From Microcoleaceae cyanobacterium (GTDB lineage: Bacteria; Cyanobacteriota; Cyanobacteriia; Cyanobacteriales; Microcoleaceae), in NCBI GenBank assembly GCA_051652765.1, contig JBOFUV010000071.1:32001-96000 (forward strand): a stretch of 64,000 nt of DNA. The letters run 5' to 3'. The notes beneath the pieces were generated by a model. It was not told the origin of the DNA and searched no databases. It saw nothing but the letters and a program-made list of their open reading frames with translations. Below are positions 9,400 to 20,753 of this stretch, piece after piece. Within the stretch, counting starts at the first letter, position 1; each line of letters opens with the position of its first letter. The position numbers and the translations under genes are program-made.

Positions 9400-11154
9400 C
9401 TATTCAAGTCTTTGTTGAGAGAGCGGTATCAACTGTCCCGCTGAATAAACGGCTAAATCTGTTGCCCGATTTAAATCTTTGAGTTGAAGGGTGTATTGAT
9501 TCGGCTGTAACTCCGTGACTTCATAGTCTTCCGTAACCAGAGGATGCTTTTTCCAAGCCAAGAACGTGGCTTGCGAGTTAGACAGTTGGAACTGGTAAAA
9601 CTCTGGAGACCGAACTTGAAATCTCACCGCGTCATCTGGCAACTCCAAACTATGGTTGATCACGGTTTGAATTTGATCGGTATAAAACCCCACTTGTTCA
9701 AATCCTTGATCGGTTCGTTCTTGTGTAAATTGAACATTAAACCGATTGCTTTGATCAAACAATGCCAAGGCTTGAATTAATCCGGCTCGATAAATATAGG
9801 CTCCTTTATAGTGATCTGGCAAACTGGTAATCATGATAGAAGACTGGGGGAAATTCTGAACACTGGTTAGTAGGGTTTGAGTCATTTGTGAGGCAATTTT
9901 CCAGTTTTGATTAACCTCATAAAGAGAGAGACTAAAACAGAGCAAAACTCCAGAGGAAATTCCCAACATTACCTGAAAGTTGGTCGAGAGATTCATTCCT
10001 ATAACGGACAGAATTACGGCTAGATGAATTGACGCAAAGGCAGATGCAAAATAGAGATAACGTTCTCCCTGGGTATCCCAAGTTGAAACAGAAACCGTAA
10101 TAGCAGGGAGCACTGTAATCCAAAATGCTAACAAGAGAAACCCTTGCAATTTAGGAATATTTGCAGAGGCAGGCTGTTTTAACACGCCAAGGATGCCACA
10201 GCTTAAGGCTAGCCCCATCAGTCCCAAACAGGCAATCAACCAAAATAGAAAACCAGACCCAGGTTGCGGAGTTATCAAAGTTCGGACAGGGTAAATTACA
10301 ATATTTTGTAAAATTCGGCCTGGATTGAAATTCAGGTGAACTGTTTCTCCATAGCCACCCACTAATTCACCCAATTTCCAAAATCGCAAGAGCAAGTAAA
10401 CCCCTAAAATGCCCAAATAAAATGAAAAGTTAATAAAGCCAGTTCGGAAAATTCTCCTCTGATATTTTCTGGCAATCAATCCATAAAGTTCATAGGCAAG
10501 AATCAGACCTGGGTAGGTTACCAAGGATTCTTTTGACAATAAAGCACAGAGAAACAAGACTAAAGAAACTAGCAAAAAAGCCGAATGTCGATAGTGTTTA
10601 TAGGTTAAATACGCGACGAAAGAGCTGAGGCCAAAGCAGGTTGAAATTACGTCTGTACGGGCAGAAATCCAGGATACGGCTTCACTATGACTGGGGAGTA
10701 ACAGGAAAATAAATCCAGCAAAATAGGGCAAAAACCGTTTGTAACTTTGATTGTAACTTTGATTGATCTCTATCTCTAGGTTAGACGTTAACAACAGCGT
10801 CATCAGACCCACCCAAAGTCCATTTAATAGATGAAACCCAAGGTTGGTTAGATGATATCCCAGGGGGTGAATTCCCCACAGTTGGTAGTCTAGAAAGCTG
10901 ATGAAACTTAGAACGGGTCGGAAAAATAGGGACTGACCATGTTGCTGATTCACCCAGAGACCAAAAGGGCCTAACTTTTGCAGGAGAGCAATGAGAACAA
11001 AGTCATCGGATAGGAAAAAGTTATTGAGTATATTGGAATATGCCAGAATGCCTGCCGAGGCAATCAGGCTGATCAGGATACTCAGCTTGACCCAGTGTTG
11101 AGGTCTCCCAAGGAGGGGTTGCGGGGGGTGAGTCTTCATGAGGATTAACAGCAC
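9400..11154 (-). CDS. Polytopic membrane protein, GT-C fold glycosyltransferase-like
   Basis: FLSDDF, FRP, GYHLTNL..H, HSEAVSWISARTD, LLSKES, ERYLY motifs with many TM helices. Confidence 0.7.
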   Translation of the reverse strand: MLLILMKTHPPQPLLGRPQHWVKLSILISLIASAGILAYSNILNNFFLSDDFVLIALLQKLGPFGLWVNQQHGQSLFFRPVLSFISFLDYQLWGIHPLGYHLTNLGFHLLNGLWVGLMTLLLTSNLEIEINQSYNQSYKRFLPYFAGFIFLLLPSHSEAVSWISARTDVISTCFGLSSFVAYLTYKHYRHSAFLLVSLVLFLCALLSKESLVTYPGLILAYELYGLIARKYQRRIFRTGFINFSFYLGILGVYLLLRFWKLGELVGGYGETVHLNFNPGRILQNIVIYPVRTLITPQPGSGFLFWLIACLGLMGLALSCGILGVLKQPASANIPKLQGFLLLAFWITVLPAITVSVSTWDTQGERYLYFASAFASIHLAVILSVIGMNLSTNFQVMLGISSGVLLCFSLSLYEVNQNWKIASQMTQTLLTSVQNFPQSSIMITSLPDHYKGAYIYRAGLIQALALFDQSNRFNVQFTQERTDQGFEQVGFYTDQIQTVINHSLELPDDAVRFQVRSPEFYQFQLSNSQATFLAWKKHPLVTEDYEVTELQPNQYTLQLKDLNRATDLAVYSAGQLIPLSQQRLE

Positions 11155-11345
11155 TATGGTGCAGAAAAAAGATCAGACCAAAATGGATTTGAGATCAGGA
11201 GAATTGTAGCTTGTGCGAAGGTTTGAGGGAGTTAATCCTAACTAACAACCCAGGGCGATCGCTGGCAGCCAATCCCTAGCTCAGACATGGTATCCTCCAC
11301 AGTGAAGGTGTGAATACAGAATACAATTTTCAGGAGTGAATTTTA

Positions 11346-12812
11346 ATGGTTGCGACACCCGCCCGAATTTCCGACAGAGAACACTCTCAACCCTCAGCAA
11401 AATCTGCAACACTGTCTTCCGTTAGCCTATTTGGTAGCGTTGTTGAACTGCCAAGTACGCCTCTATTTGGCACGGATGGAATTCGGGGACGAGTCGGTGA
11501 ATTGCTGAGCGCTCCCCTCGCCCTCCAGGTGGGGTTTTGGGCAGGGCAAGTTTTGCGTCAACATGTGCAGCATTTAAACTGTTCTGGCCCGATTCTGCTC
11601 GGTCAGGATACCCGCAATTCAGGCAACATGTTGGCGATGGCGTTGTCAGCAGGGCTAACAGCGGCTGGATTGGATGTCTGGTATTTAGGACTGTGTCCAA
11701 CCCCCGGTGTTGCCTATCTCACCAGTATCTCTGATGCTGTGGGTGGAATCATGATTTCAGCCAGTCACAATCCGCCCGAAGATAACGGCATCAAGTTTTT
11801 CGGCCTCGATGGTACTAAGTTATCCACCGAACTCCAGCAACAAATTGAAGCAGGGTTACGGGGCTATGCTGACTTTCCGATTCGGTTCAATCACTGTGGC
11901 CAACATTACCATCGTTCTGAACTCGTCCAGCAGTATGCCGATTCTCTCTCTAGTTCTTTGCTGGCTAGTGGTGACTTAAGGGGAATGCGAGTCGTTCTTG
12001 ACTTGGCTTGGGGGGCTGCAGTTCATTTGGCCCCAGAAGTCTTCCGAGCCATGGGAGCAGAAGTGATCTGTCTTCATGCTCAACCCGATGGTCACCAAAT
12101 TAACGTCAACTGTGGCTCCACCCACTTAGACATTCTGCAAAAGGCCGTTGTAGACCATCAGGCGGATATTGGGTTTGCCTTTGATGGAGATGCCGATCGG
12201 GTATTGGCCGTGGATCACACCGGTCGCGCAGTGAACGGAGACTATATTCTCTATCTTTGGGGCAAATCTCTCAGCCAAGCAGGCAAGTTGCCAGAAGAGT
12301 TAATCATCACAACAGTCATGGCCAATTTAGGCTTTGAGCAAGCCTGGAAACAGTTTGGAGGACAGTTCAAGCGGACTCCGGTAGGCGATCAACATGTTCA
12401 TGCGGAGATGGTTCAAACTGGGGCAATGCTCGGTGGAGAACAATCCGGTCATATTCTCTGCCCTCACTATGGCGTGACTGGAGATGGACTCTTAACAGCC
12501 CTGCATTTGGCAACCCTGGCAAAGCAAGAGCCCTTCGCCCATCAAATCGATCACAGTTTCCAAACCTATCCCCAACTGTTGAAAAACATTCGGGTGGAAG
12601 ATGGGAGCCGTCGTCGGAATTGGAAAACCTGTGACCCCGTGGCTCAGGCCATTGAAACGGCGGAAGCTGCCATGGGCGATCGCGGTCGGATTTTGGTTCG
12701 GGCTTCTGGAACTGAACCCGTAATTCGCGTCATGGTCGAAGCGGTTGATTTAGATCTGGTCACCTACTGGGCAAACCGTTTGGCTTCTGTCGTAGAACAG
12801 CACCTGAGTTAG
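11346..12812 (+). CDS. glmM: Phosphoglucosamine mutase
   Basis: [36 protein letters not shown] motifs. Confidence 0.95.
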   Translation: MVATPARISDREHSQPSAKSATLSSVSLFGSVVELPSTPLFGTDGIRGRVGELLSAPLALQVGFWAGQVLRQHVQHLNCSGPILLGQDTRNSGNMLAMALSAGLTAAGLDVWYLGLCPTPGVAYLTSISDAVGGIMISASHNPPEDNGIKFFGLDGTKLSTELQQQIEAGLRGYADFPIRFNHCGQHYHRSELVQQYADSLSSSLLASGDLRGMRVVLDLAWGAAVHLAPEVFRAMGAEVICLHAQPDGHQINVNCGSTHLDILQKAVVDHQADIGFAFDGDADRVLAVDHTGRAVNGDYILYLWGKSLSQAGKLPEELIITTVMANLGFEQAWKQFGGQFKRTPVGDQHVHAEMVQTGAMLGGEQSGHILCPHYGVTGDGLLTALHLATLAKQEPFAHQIDHSFQTYPQLLKNIRVEDGSRRRNWKTCDPVAQAIETAEAAMGDRGRILVRASGTEPVIRVMVEAVDLDLVTYWANRLASVVEQHLS

Positions 12813-12938
12813 GAGACATCATCTGCCGAAATCTTAGGAGATACTAGAATAACCCCAACTCTGACGGGAGGTCACAGACGCATCTGAACCTCAGGAAGGC
12901 TTCAGGGGTTCCTTTAATGTTAGAAAGAACCGAGTCCC

Positions 12939-14561
12939 ATGGCAACAACTCTCCGAAAGAGGAAGGTCAAAACGTCAAGGAAATCTCAGAAAAAATTGGG
13001 TGTTCAGCAACCCACTTTGAGTAAAAAGGAGTTGAAACTTCGTCAACGCCAACGGGCGAAGGAACGGAACAAATTAATTTCCTTGACCATGTCCACGGGG
13101 ATTGTTGCCCTGTTGGTGGGGATTGCCCTATTTTTTGTCAAGGATGAGAAGTTGGCCATTGCTGGGGCAGGCGGAATCTTTGCCCTAGTGTTGTGTTATC
13201 ACTATCCATTTTCAGGAATTTGGGCACTTTTAATTTATTTACCCTTTTCTGGAACGGTCACCTACTGGGTTGGCGGTGGAAATGCTTTATTCCAGCTTGC
13301 TAAGGATGGGTTCTACCTTCCCGCTGTACTTGCCCTGAACCAACAACTCAAACGCCAACGCCAACCTTTTATTCTGCCCAAAGCCCTGAAGCAACCCTTG
13401 TACATTCTTCTCGGGTTTTGTGGCCTAACGTTACTCGTGGTCAACGGGTCACAGCAACTTGATCCTGGAGGAGATAAGCCAATTTTGTTAGGGTTGCTAG
13501 GGCTGAAGGTGTTTATTGGTTATTTTCCCTTGATTACCTGTGCGTTTTACCAGATCAAAGGCAAAAAAGAATTGCTGTTCCTGATGCGGCTGACCTTGGT
13601 TCTGGCGATTATCTGCTGTGTTCTCGGGGTCATTCAGTACCAATTTTTGACTTCGGGTCGATGTCAAGGCACGGATCACTTGACTGGAGATGACTTGTTT
13701 AAAGCAACGTTAGACGCAAAGTGCCTCGTTGGCGGATCGTTGGTCTACAGTCCTTCCCAGAACATGATCCGATTGCCGGGAACCTTTGTGGCCCCTTGGC
13801 AATGGGCCTGGTTTTTGATTGCCAACGCGGTGTTTGCCTTTGCCACAGCCTTTAGTGATCCGTCTCCCAAGTGGCGCACAGTCGGTTTGGCAGGAATGGC
13901 GCTCGTTTTTGTCAATGCCGCAATTTCGGGTCAACGGATTGCTCTCGCTCTGGTTCCAGCCATTACCGTGATCTTGTTAGTTCTCACGGGACAAGTGGCC
14001 AATCTCAAGCGATTTTTGCCCATTGCAGTTGGGATGGGCTTGATATTGATGGGCGTGATCGCCACCAATCCTGCGATCTTGCAAGAACGGATTGACAGTT
14101 TTGTCTCCCGTTGGCAAGCTTCACCTCCTACTGGATTCATTGCCGAACAATTTGCATTTGTTACCCAGGGAGAACTGGGGATTTTGGGTAGTGGGTTGGG
14201 ACGAGCAACAAACTCTGCCCGGATTTTTGGGGAAACAAAACTGATTGAAACCTACTATCCTAAGCTAATTTATGAAATTGGCCCCCTAGGAACCCTAGCC
14301 TTTTTGGGATTGGTGACAATCATCACCATGACGACCTTTAAAACCTATCGATCGATTAAAGATAAAAACCTCCGGAGTTTTGGGGCTTGTCTTTGGGTAT
14401 TTGTTCTATTTATTAGCTACAACACCTATTACTATCCCCTCGATGTTGACCCTGTTTGCGTCTATTACTGGTATTTTGTCGGAGTGATCTATAAACTCCC
14501 CGATATTGACAAGCAAGAACAAAAGCGATTACAAGAAGAGGCGGCATTCTCGACAGGATAG
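12939..14561 (+). CDS. hpsL: Hormogonium polysaccharide biosynthesis protein HpsL-like (O-antigen ligase/polymerase-like membrane protein)
   Basis: Basic N-terminus, multiple TM helices, RLPGTFVAPWQW, GLGRATNSAR, YYPLDVDP motifs. Confidence 0.75.
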   Translation: MATTLRKRKVKTSRKSQKKLGVQQPTLSKKELKLRQRQRAKERNKLISLTMSTGIVALLVGIALFFVKDEKLAIAGAGGIFALVLCYHYPFSGIWALLIYLPFSGTVTYWVGGGNALFQLAKDGFYLPAVLALNQQLKRQRQPFILPKALKQPLYILLGFCGLTLLVVNGSQQLDPGGDKPILLGLLGLKVFIGYFPLITCAFYQIKGKKELLFLMRLTLVLAIICCVLGVIQYQFLTSGRCQGTDHLTGDDLFKATLDAKCLVGGSLVYSPSQNMIRLPGTFVAPWQWAWFLIANAVFAFATAFSDPSPKWRTVGLAGMALVFVNAAISGQRIALALVPAITVILLVLTGQVANLKRFLPIAVGMGLILMGVIATNPAILQERIDSFVSRWQASPPTGFIAEQFAFVTQGELGILGSGLGRATNSARIFGETKLIETYYPKLIYEIGPLGTLAFLGLVTIITMTTFKTYRSIKDKNLRSFGACLWVFVLFISYNTYYYPLDVDPVCVYYWYFVGVIYKLPDIDKQEQKRLQEEAAFSTG

Positions 14562-14673
14562 TTAGCGTCAGGATGGTTAGCCCAAGAATAGTTGGCCCAA
14601 GAATTGCCAGGGTGACTCGAAAAACATTGCCGTCATTCCACTTTTACCCCTAGGAACTTTATCCCCAGGAACT

Positions 14674-16809
14674 TTACTTTCGGGGACAGTCAGGGTGAAT
14701 TCCGCCTTGGTTGCAAATGTAAGTAATTTGGTTGGGGGTCAGGTTTTTGGCTTGAGAAAAATTAACCCGTTTGAGGCGGCTGGATTGATTTTGGGTTTCT
14801 GTACTTTGAATAAACCCATCTTTAGCTTCAGCGGCAGGGGTTGCCACAAACTTAGCTCCGTTAAAATCCGTATTCTTTAAGGATGCCCCGGTCAAATTCA
14901 CCAAGCTGAGATCTGCATTTTGCAAGGTAGCCTCTTGTAGATTGGCATTCTTGAAATTTGCTCCCGTGAGTTGGGTAAAGCTCAGATCCGCCCCGCGCAA
15001 ATCTGCGCCCTGAAAATCGGCTCCGGCCAAATCTGCGTCCTGCAAGCCCGCCTGTTGTAGGTTGGTATTGAGGAATTCCGCTCCCTGAGCCTTAACTTTC
15101 ATCATCCGCGCCGCTGCTAAATTAGCATTAGAGAACTGAGCATTGGTCAGATCGGCCCCGGTCAGCTTTGTTCCTGCCAGTTGAGCCTCTTCTAGGTTGG
15201 CCCCAATTAACTTTGTACTGCTGAGATTGGCCTCGGTCAAATCTGCTGCGGAGAGATTAGCTTTGTTCAAAATCCCTCGGAGCAAGTTTGTCCGTTTTAA
15301 CTCAACGTGACTGAGAAAGGCTCCGGTTAAATCAGCATCCGTTAAATCAGCTCCACTTAAATCCGCAATCCAATCATCAAATGTCCCAAACCGTCCATCT
15401 TTCCCCGCGCTGTAAAAGTTGCTATCGGCTAGATTCGCTTGATTCAGGAGGCTACTCCGAAAGTTCAGCCCGGATAAATCGGTGTTATTCAAAACTAGGG
15501 TGAATTGGGCTGATTCTAGGGGTTGACTTAGATCAACTCGACTCAGATCAACCTCGTGTAATGAACCACTGTGAATCGTTAGTAACTTCGCGATCGCCCG
15601 TTGAACGGCCTGTTGACGCTTGGCTGTTAGCTGTTTCTCCTGAGCATTGGCCCCAAACTCCATGGACGCGAGTTCATTCTTCAAGGCTTGGTTCAACTGC
15701 CGGAGATAGGGAAGGGTATCTGGCCCTGCACTCACCAACGCCTGTTGGGTCACGTCGAGTAACCCTGGGTTGGTCTCCTGTCCCAGGAAATCAACCAATA
15801 GGGGAATCGCTCTAGAGTCATTTAATGTGCCCAACGCTAAAATCGCCCCTTGCCGTTGAGCGGTATCTTTGGCAGTGTTTGGAGACAATTTGCCAACCAG
15901 ATTGAGGAAGAGTTCGTTATCCTGATGTTTGAACTCCCGACGGTTAGCCTGACTTTGAATATAGACCTGAGTCCCCGCAAAAGTTCCTAGCACAGTAGCC
16001 ATGCTGAGACCACTGACGGTTATCAGGGTAATTCCAGGATGTTGACGCATCCAAGCCCACAGATCAACAGGGAAGTTGCGCTGTCGGGGAGTGAACACCA
16101 ATGACCGAACCGCTTCTGTTTCACCCATCCAGTCATAACTCGTGAACGGATTGGCATTGAATTTCAACCCCGCCTCTCGAACCATCGTTCCGGCCAGTAG
16201 ATCATGACCTGCGCGACCTTTAAACCGTTTAGCAAACAGCCCATCTGCCAGAATCATCAGTCCAGACAGCCCCGTCAAAATCACTAGGTTTGGAAATGCC
16301 CCGGTTAACCGCCAGATGCCGTAGGCCATCCCCAATGGAATCCCCCAACGACCGATAGATTCTCGGTAGAGGGCTTGTAACAAGCTGGGAGGCACTCTGT
16401 AACGGTTCACTACCTGGACTCCAAACCAGCGCTTTGGCAGGGTTTGCCCGGTGCGGGAGAGCAGATAGACTTGCCAGCCAGATACCAAAATTGGCACAAA
16501 CAACGCCCCTGACCAGAAGAAATTAGTCAGAGCAGTTACCTGAGGGCTGCGTTCCCGAACAGGAAGTCCCAGGGTTGCAGCTACAACATTAGACGTTATC
16601 CGTAGACTGGGGTTCAGGGGAACAGACTGAGGCGAACGATTAGAGATTGCTCCAAGGGTTAAGGGCACCATCCCACTGACTGCGACGAGAGAAATTTCTA
16701 CTGCCCAAGCTCCGCACCGACGTAGCCATACAGGAAGTTGCCGAACTTGAAACTGCCATTCAGGGGGCTGGGAGGGATTTGCGTCTCTACCGAGGGATGG
16801 ACTTGTCAT
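14674..16809 (-). CDS. RDD-domain / HEAT / pentapeptide-repeat membrane protein (HglK-like architecture)
   Basis: RDD motifs (LRRCGAWAVE, GQTLPKRWFGVQVV, HDLLAGT), HEAT-like AILALG, long A(D/N)Lxx pentapeptide array. Confidence 0.8.
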   Translation of the reverse strand: MTSPSLGRDANPSQPPEWQFQVRQLPVWLRRCGAWAVEISLVAVSGMVPLTLGAISNRSPQSVPLNPSLRITSNVVAATLGLPVRERSPQVTALTNFFWSGALFVPILVSGWQVYLLSRTGQTLPKRWFGVQVVNRYRVPPSLLQALYRESIGRWGIPLGMAYGIWRLTGAFPNLVILTGLSGLMILADGLFAKRFKGRAGHDLLAGTMVREAGLKFNANPFTSYDWMGETEAVRSLVFTPRQRNFPVDLWAWMRQHPGITLITVSGLSMATVLGTFAGTQVYIQSQANRREFKHQDNELFLNLVGKLSPNTAKDTAQRQGAILALGTLNDSRAIPLLVDFLGQETNPGLLDVTQQALVSAGPDTLPYLRQLNQALKNELASMEFGANAQEKQLTAKRQQAVQRAIAKLLTIHSGSLHEVDLSRVDLSQPLESAQFTLVLNNTDLSGLNFRSSLLNQANLADSNFYSAGKDGRFGTFDDWIADLSGADLTDADLTGAFLSHVELKRTNLLRGILNKANLSAADLTEANLSSTKLIGANLEEAQLAGTKLTGADLTNAQFSNANLAAARMMKVKAQGAEFLNTNLQQAGLQDADLAGADFQGADLRGADLSFTQLTGANFKNANLQEATLQNADLSLVNLTGASLKNTDFNGAKFVATPAAEAKDGFIQSTETQNQSSRLKRVNFSQAKNLTPNQITYICNQGGIHPDCPRK

Positions 16810-16874
16810 AGTTAAAGTTGCCTTTGAAGTCTGCCTTTGAAGTCTGTCCTTGAAAGTTGCCTGACCCAGAATCG

Positions 16875-17222
16875 TTATGATTTGGAGGAACTCAGGGATT
16901 TAAAAATTTGATACGCACCATATCCTACTACAGCAATAACCGCAAGACTAAAGGCTAAAGAAATGAGCTGAACCAAAGCTTTCACTAACGCCAAGGCCGC
17001 AGCTACACCGATGACCCCCACAACAATTTGTCCAACCTTGGGTAAGTCCTGGAACCAAGCGAGAAATTGTTTGTAGTAGGTTGTCATAGACTTTGAGAAT
17101 GCAGACTTTGAGAACTCAGATTCCGAGGACTGGGAGGAACCCGTAATTGGTTGAGTTCGATGCAAGTCGGCTTCCATGTCTTCCAACTTACGTTTGAGAT
17201 CAGGATCATCTTGAAAGTTCAT
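16875..17222 (-). CDS. Small hypothetical membrane protein
   Basis: 115 aa with two C-terminal hydrophobic helices. Confidence 0.7.
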   Translation of the reverse strand: MNFQDDPDLKRKLEDMEADLHRTQPITGSSQSSESEFSKSAFSKSMTTYYKQFLAWFQDLPKVGQIVVGVIGVAAALALVKALVQLISLAFSLAVIAVVGYGAYQIFKSLSSSKS

Positions 17223-17261
17223 AATACTTTTCCTTTTTTCATTCAGGAGCTTGTAATGATT

Positions 17262-17323
17262 TTAAACTTACCGCCTTAAACTTACCGCCTTAAACTTACC
17301 GTCTGAAACTTACCGCCTTAAAC
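17262..17323. repeat. 14-bp tandem repeat (TTAAACTTACCGCC) x ~4.4
   Basis: Units at 17262, 17276, 17290, 17304 and a partial at 17318. Confidence 0.9.
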
Positions 17324-17591
17324 CTTAATGACTATCAGCTTAAGAGACAACGATAAATTTGATTAACTAATATACCTACAGCAATAGAGGGGTTTGGGGA
17401 TTTCGTCCCCAAGGAGGGCACACAAATCATTTGAGATTGCTACAGCAGCTTGAGAGACAACGACCACATTGGTTGAGTTGACCAGGAGTCCCACGGGATT
17501 CAGCGGAGAATATCCGGCTTTGCAGTTCTCCTGGCAGTATTGTACCTAAGGATAGAGTGATCAGTTAATGCTGACTAGATGAGGAGGCAAG

Positions 17592-18020
17592 ATGAATTTA
17601 AGTAGATTTAAACCAAACAAACGGGCATTTGTTGGATTTGTTGGATTAACACTGGCGTTGATGTTAGCGCTTCCCCAGACTGCCTGGGCAGATCGAGAAA
17701 AGCTTGCCCCTGGCATACCCCTGAATATCTCTGGGACATCAGGAGGAACAGCCAATAGTGGAGACTGTGGTTACATTTCGACTACTCCTAACCACGTGAT
17801 TGATCTGGTCGAAGACTTGAGCTTCTGGCAAATTCGGGTCAGAACTGCGGGAGCCCCTACATTGCTGATTGATGGCCCCGGCGGACGGTACTGTGTGCTG
17901 CCCGAAGGAGGATTGTTACAATTTTCTGGCTATGGCACCCAAGGAACCTATAACGTCTACATCGGTGATCGCGCTCAAGGCAAACATCCTTACAGCCTCT
18001 CCGTCTCAGGTCGCCAGTAG
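17592..18020 (+). CDS. Hypothetical secreted protein
   Basis: GAGGAGG RBS, signal peptide ending TAWA, Cys pair (CGYI...YC), beta-rich. Confidence 0.75.
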   Translation: MNLSRFKPNKRAFVGFVGLTLALMLALPQTAWADREKLAPGIPLNISGTSGGTANSGDCGYISTTPNHVIDLVEDLSFWQIRVRTAGAPTLLIDGPGGRYCVLPEGGLLQFSGYGTQGTYNVYIGDRAQGKHPYSLSVSGRQ

Positions 18021-18293
18021 AGATTCAGTTCACTACTCCCGATATTCTCCTGATTTCAGAGTCCTCGGTAGAATAGGCAATTAGTGGAACAAGATGACTG
18101 GCTCCTAAGCTGATTCATCTATAATTGAAAGTGAAATAGAGTTTGCTATCTACTGGAACTCGCAGTGTCACCCAATTGATCATCAGCTCCTAAAACGGTA
18201 GCTGTTTGGCTATTAAGCGTTCGATCAGTTTGTGGGAACGTCATTAATTTCTACTCCCTTTCGTTAAAGTAGACTAGGTAACGGGAATATTCA

Positions 18294-19808
18294 ATGAGTT
18301 CTAAGATCTGGTATCTCGCAGCTTTTGGGATTATGGCAGTTGGGACGAGTACAGTAGCTAGTGCTGCAACTGCGACTCCTCCGGGGAGGCTGTATCCAAA
18401 TCTGCTGCTCAATCAACCGCAGCCCACTTCAACTCAATTCAAGCCAGTGCCAACGGGTTCGGCTCAGGCCAATCTGCTTTTTGCTCAAGATATTCAAGAA
18501 CAGGCCAACATTCGGGTCTATGAACAAGCTAGCCCTGCTGTTGTCTCAATTGATACTGAAACTGCCAACGGCAGTGGCACGATCATTACCCCCGATGGCA
18601 TGGTGCTAACCAACGCCCATGTTGTCGCGGCTGGAGGAGAGGTCAAACTTAAATTGGCAGATGGCAAAGAAGTTGTTGCTGATGTGGTTGCCTTTGGCGA
18701 CCCAGGGCTCGACTTGGCCATTTTAAAAATTCGGAATGTTAGCAATCTCCCAACCATTAAAATCGCTCGCCCTGGTTCTATCAAGGTTGGCCAGCGAGCC
18801 TATGCCATTGGCAATCCCTTCGGACAGTTTCAGGGAACCCTCACCGTTGGGATTGTTAGTCGGATTGATCAAGAACGAAACTTGATCCAGACTGATGCTG
18901 CCATTAACCCAGGAAATTCTGGTGGCCCATTGCTCAACAGCGAGGGAGAACTGATTGGAGTCAACACAGCAATCTTTACCCGAGGTCAAAGCGGGGGCAA
19001 TATTGGGATTGGGTTTGCGATTTCAGTGGATAAAATTCCCCCTTTTTTACAGGCAGTTAAGGAAGGGCGGGCTCCAACGGTGGCTCAAGTGTCAAGGCCC
19101 ATGGCATTTACCAGTGAGAATGCGGAACCGGTAAAAGTTGATGGCCCAGAAGTAGCGGGTCGGTTAGACAATGGCGATCCAATCTTACCTGTGGACAATA
19201 GCTATTACGATATCTATGCATTTGAGGGCAAAGCAGGTCAACAAGTCATGATTGAAATGAAGAGTCGAGAAATTGATTCTTACTTGATTCTTCTAGATGC
19301 AGAAGGGGCAGAACTAGCTCAGGACGATGATGGTGGAGGAGAAAATGATGCAAAAATTGTCGTTACCCTTCCCCAGGATGGAACCTACACATTCCTAGCA
19401 AATTCCTACGATGCTGGAGAATTGGGCGGTTACCAACTTCAACTCCGAACGGCAACCCTGCGACAACCTTCCGCGTCTCCTCCGGTTGAGGGCATGATTC
19501 TGAAACAGGAAGGCAGCTTGAACTCCGGTGATGCAGTATTGCCCTCGGACGGCAGTTTGTATGATGAGTACACGTTCGAAGGGCAGGCAGGACAATCCGT
19601 CACGATTCGGATAGATAGTCCGGATTTTGATCCCTATGTTGCCTTGTTTGGCCCCAATGGTCGCTTGGTTGCTGAAAATGATGATGCTAGTCGTGTAGAC
19701 AAAAATGCAGGAATCACGGTAACGTTACCGATGGCAGGAGTGTACCGCGTTGTTGTGAATGCTTATGACAACACGGGTCGAGGTCAATATTTGCTGACTG
19801 TGCGCTAA
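18294..19808 (+). CDS. Trypsin-like (S1C/HtrA-type) serine protease with two C-terminal PPC domains
   Basis: LTNAHVV, DLAIL, TDAAINPGNSGGPL catalytic triad; two YxFEGxAGQ...D.YL...DDD PPC repeats; no PDZ evident. Confidence 0.9.
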   Translation: MSSKIWYLAAFGIMAVGTSTVASAATATPPGRLYPNLLLNQPQPTSTQFKPVPTGSAQANLLFAQDIQEQANIRVYEQASPAVVSIDTETANGSGTIITPDGMVLTNAHVVAAGGEVKLKLADGKEVVADVVAFGDPGLDLAILKIRNVSNLPTIKIARPGSIKVGQRAYAIGNPFGQFQGTLTVGIVSRIDQERNLIQTDAAINPGNSGGPLLNSEGELIGVNTAIFTRGQSGGNIGIGFAISVDKIPPFLQAVKEGRAPTVAQVSRPMAFTSENAEPVKVDGPEVAGRLDNGDPILPVDNSYYDIYAFEGKAGQQVMIEMKSREIDSYLILLDAEGAELAQDDDGGGENDAKIVVTLPQDGTYTFLANSYDAGELGGYQLQLRTATLRQPSASPPVEGMILKQEGSLNSGDAVLPSDGSLYDEYTFEGQAGQSVTIRIDSPDFDPYVALFGPNGRLVAENDDASRVDKNAGITVTLPMAGVYRVVVNAYDNTGRGQYLLTVR

Positions 19809-19906
19809 GTAACTTGCAAACCACACTTTGGTTTTGAGCTGACTATTAAATGTGTACTAAATGTGTCACTAAATGTGTCGCTTAAGCACTGTAACTCAAG
19901 CAGAGG

Positions 19907-20557
19907 TTGCATCCTCTGCTTTTATGCCCATCCCTCAGCATGGATTTGCATACTAACTTTTGTTTTTTTCTAATGAGGTCGTTCATGTACCCAATCAATC
20001 GAATCCAGTTCTGGTTCTCAACAGTAAGCTGCCTTGTCGTGTCTCCAGTGATCTTATTTGCCACGATCTCGGCTAATGCGAATCAAATTGTGCAAAAGGA
20101 TGCTGCCAGCATTCAAGTCCTAGCAGGCTTGGCTCCTATTTTTAGGTTCAACGTGGCCCAAGAGGCTCCTCAACCCACCCCAACTCCTGCTCCAATTCCA
20201 GAAGGCCCTGGTCAATCCCAACAGCCTCCAGTTTCTACAGATGCCATTTTGAATCAGGCGGGAGAATTGAAGGATGGGGACTCCGTGTTGGCCTCTGATG
20301 GTAGTTTGTACGACGAATATACCTTTGAGGGCAAAAAAGATCAGCAGGTTACTGTTCTTTTAGAAAGTGGGGATTTTGACCCTTATCTGGCAATCTTCAC
20401 CCCAGACAACAAACTACTTGAGGAACACGACGATATCAGTGAAAAAGACCCCAACGCTCGGATCACTGTCACGCTTCCTAGCGATGGAAAATACCGAGTT
20501 ATTGTCAACTCCTATGATGAAAAAGGTCGGGGCAAATATCAACTCAAGGTTCAGTAG
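19907..20557 (+). CDS. Secreted PPC-domain protein
   Basis: Signal-like segment, Pro-rich linker, PPC domain very similar to the last domain of the upstream protease (DGSLYDEYTFEG); real start likely ATG 19973 or 19985. Confidence 0.8.
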   Translation: MHPLLLCPSLSMDLHTNFCFFLMRSFMYPINRIQFWFSTVSCLVVSPVILFATISANANQIVQKDAASIQVLAGLAPIFRFNVAQEAPQPTPTPAPIPEGPGQSQQPPVSTDAILNQAGELKDGDSVLASDGSLYDEYTFEGKKDQQVTVLLESGDFDPYLAIFTPDNKLLEEHDDISEKDPNARITVTLPSDGKYRVIVNSYDEKGRGKYQLKVQ

Positions 20558-20753
20558 GAATTTAGGGTGCAGAGGGAGTTAGGTTTCGTAATCGTAAAAC
20601 CTAACCCTCATCCATGGGCTATTTCTTGACAAAGAACCATCCAAGCCTGAAGAATGAAAAGTCAATCCCCCTAAAATTTTGTAGGTTGATCTTCTTACCT
20701 GACCCAACGATCTGGGGCAGCCATTCTGGATTATTGACTTCAATTGATTGACT

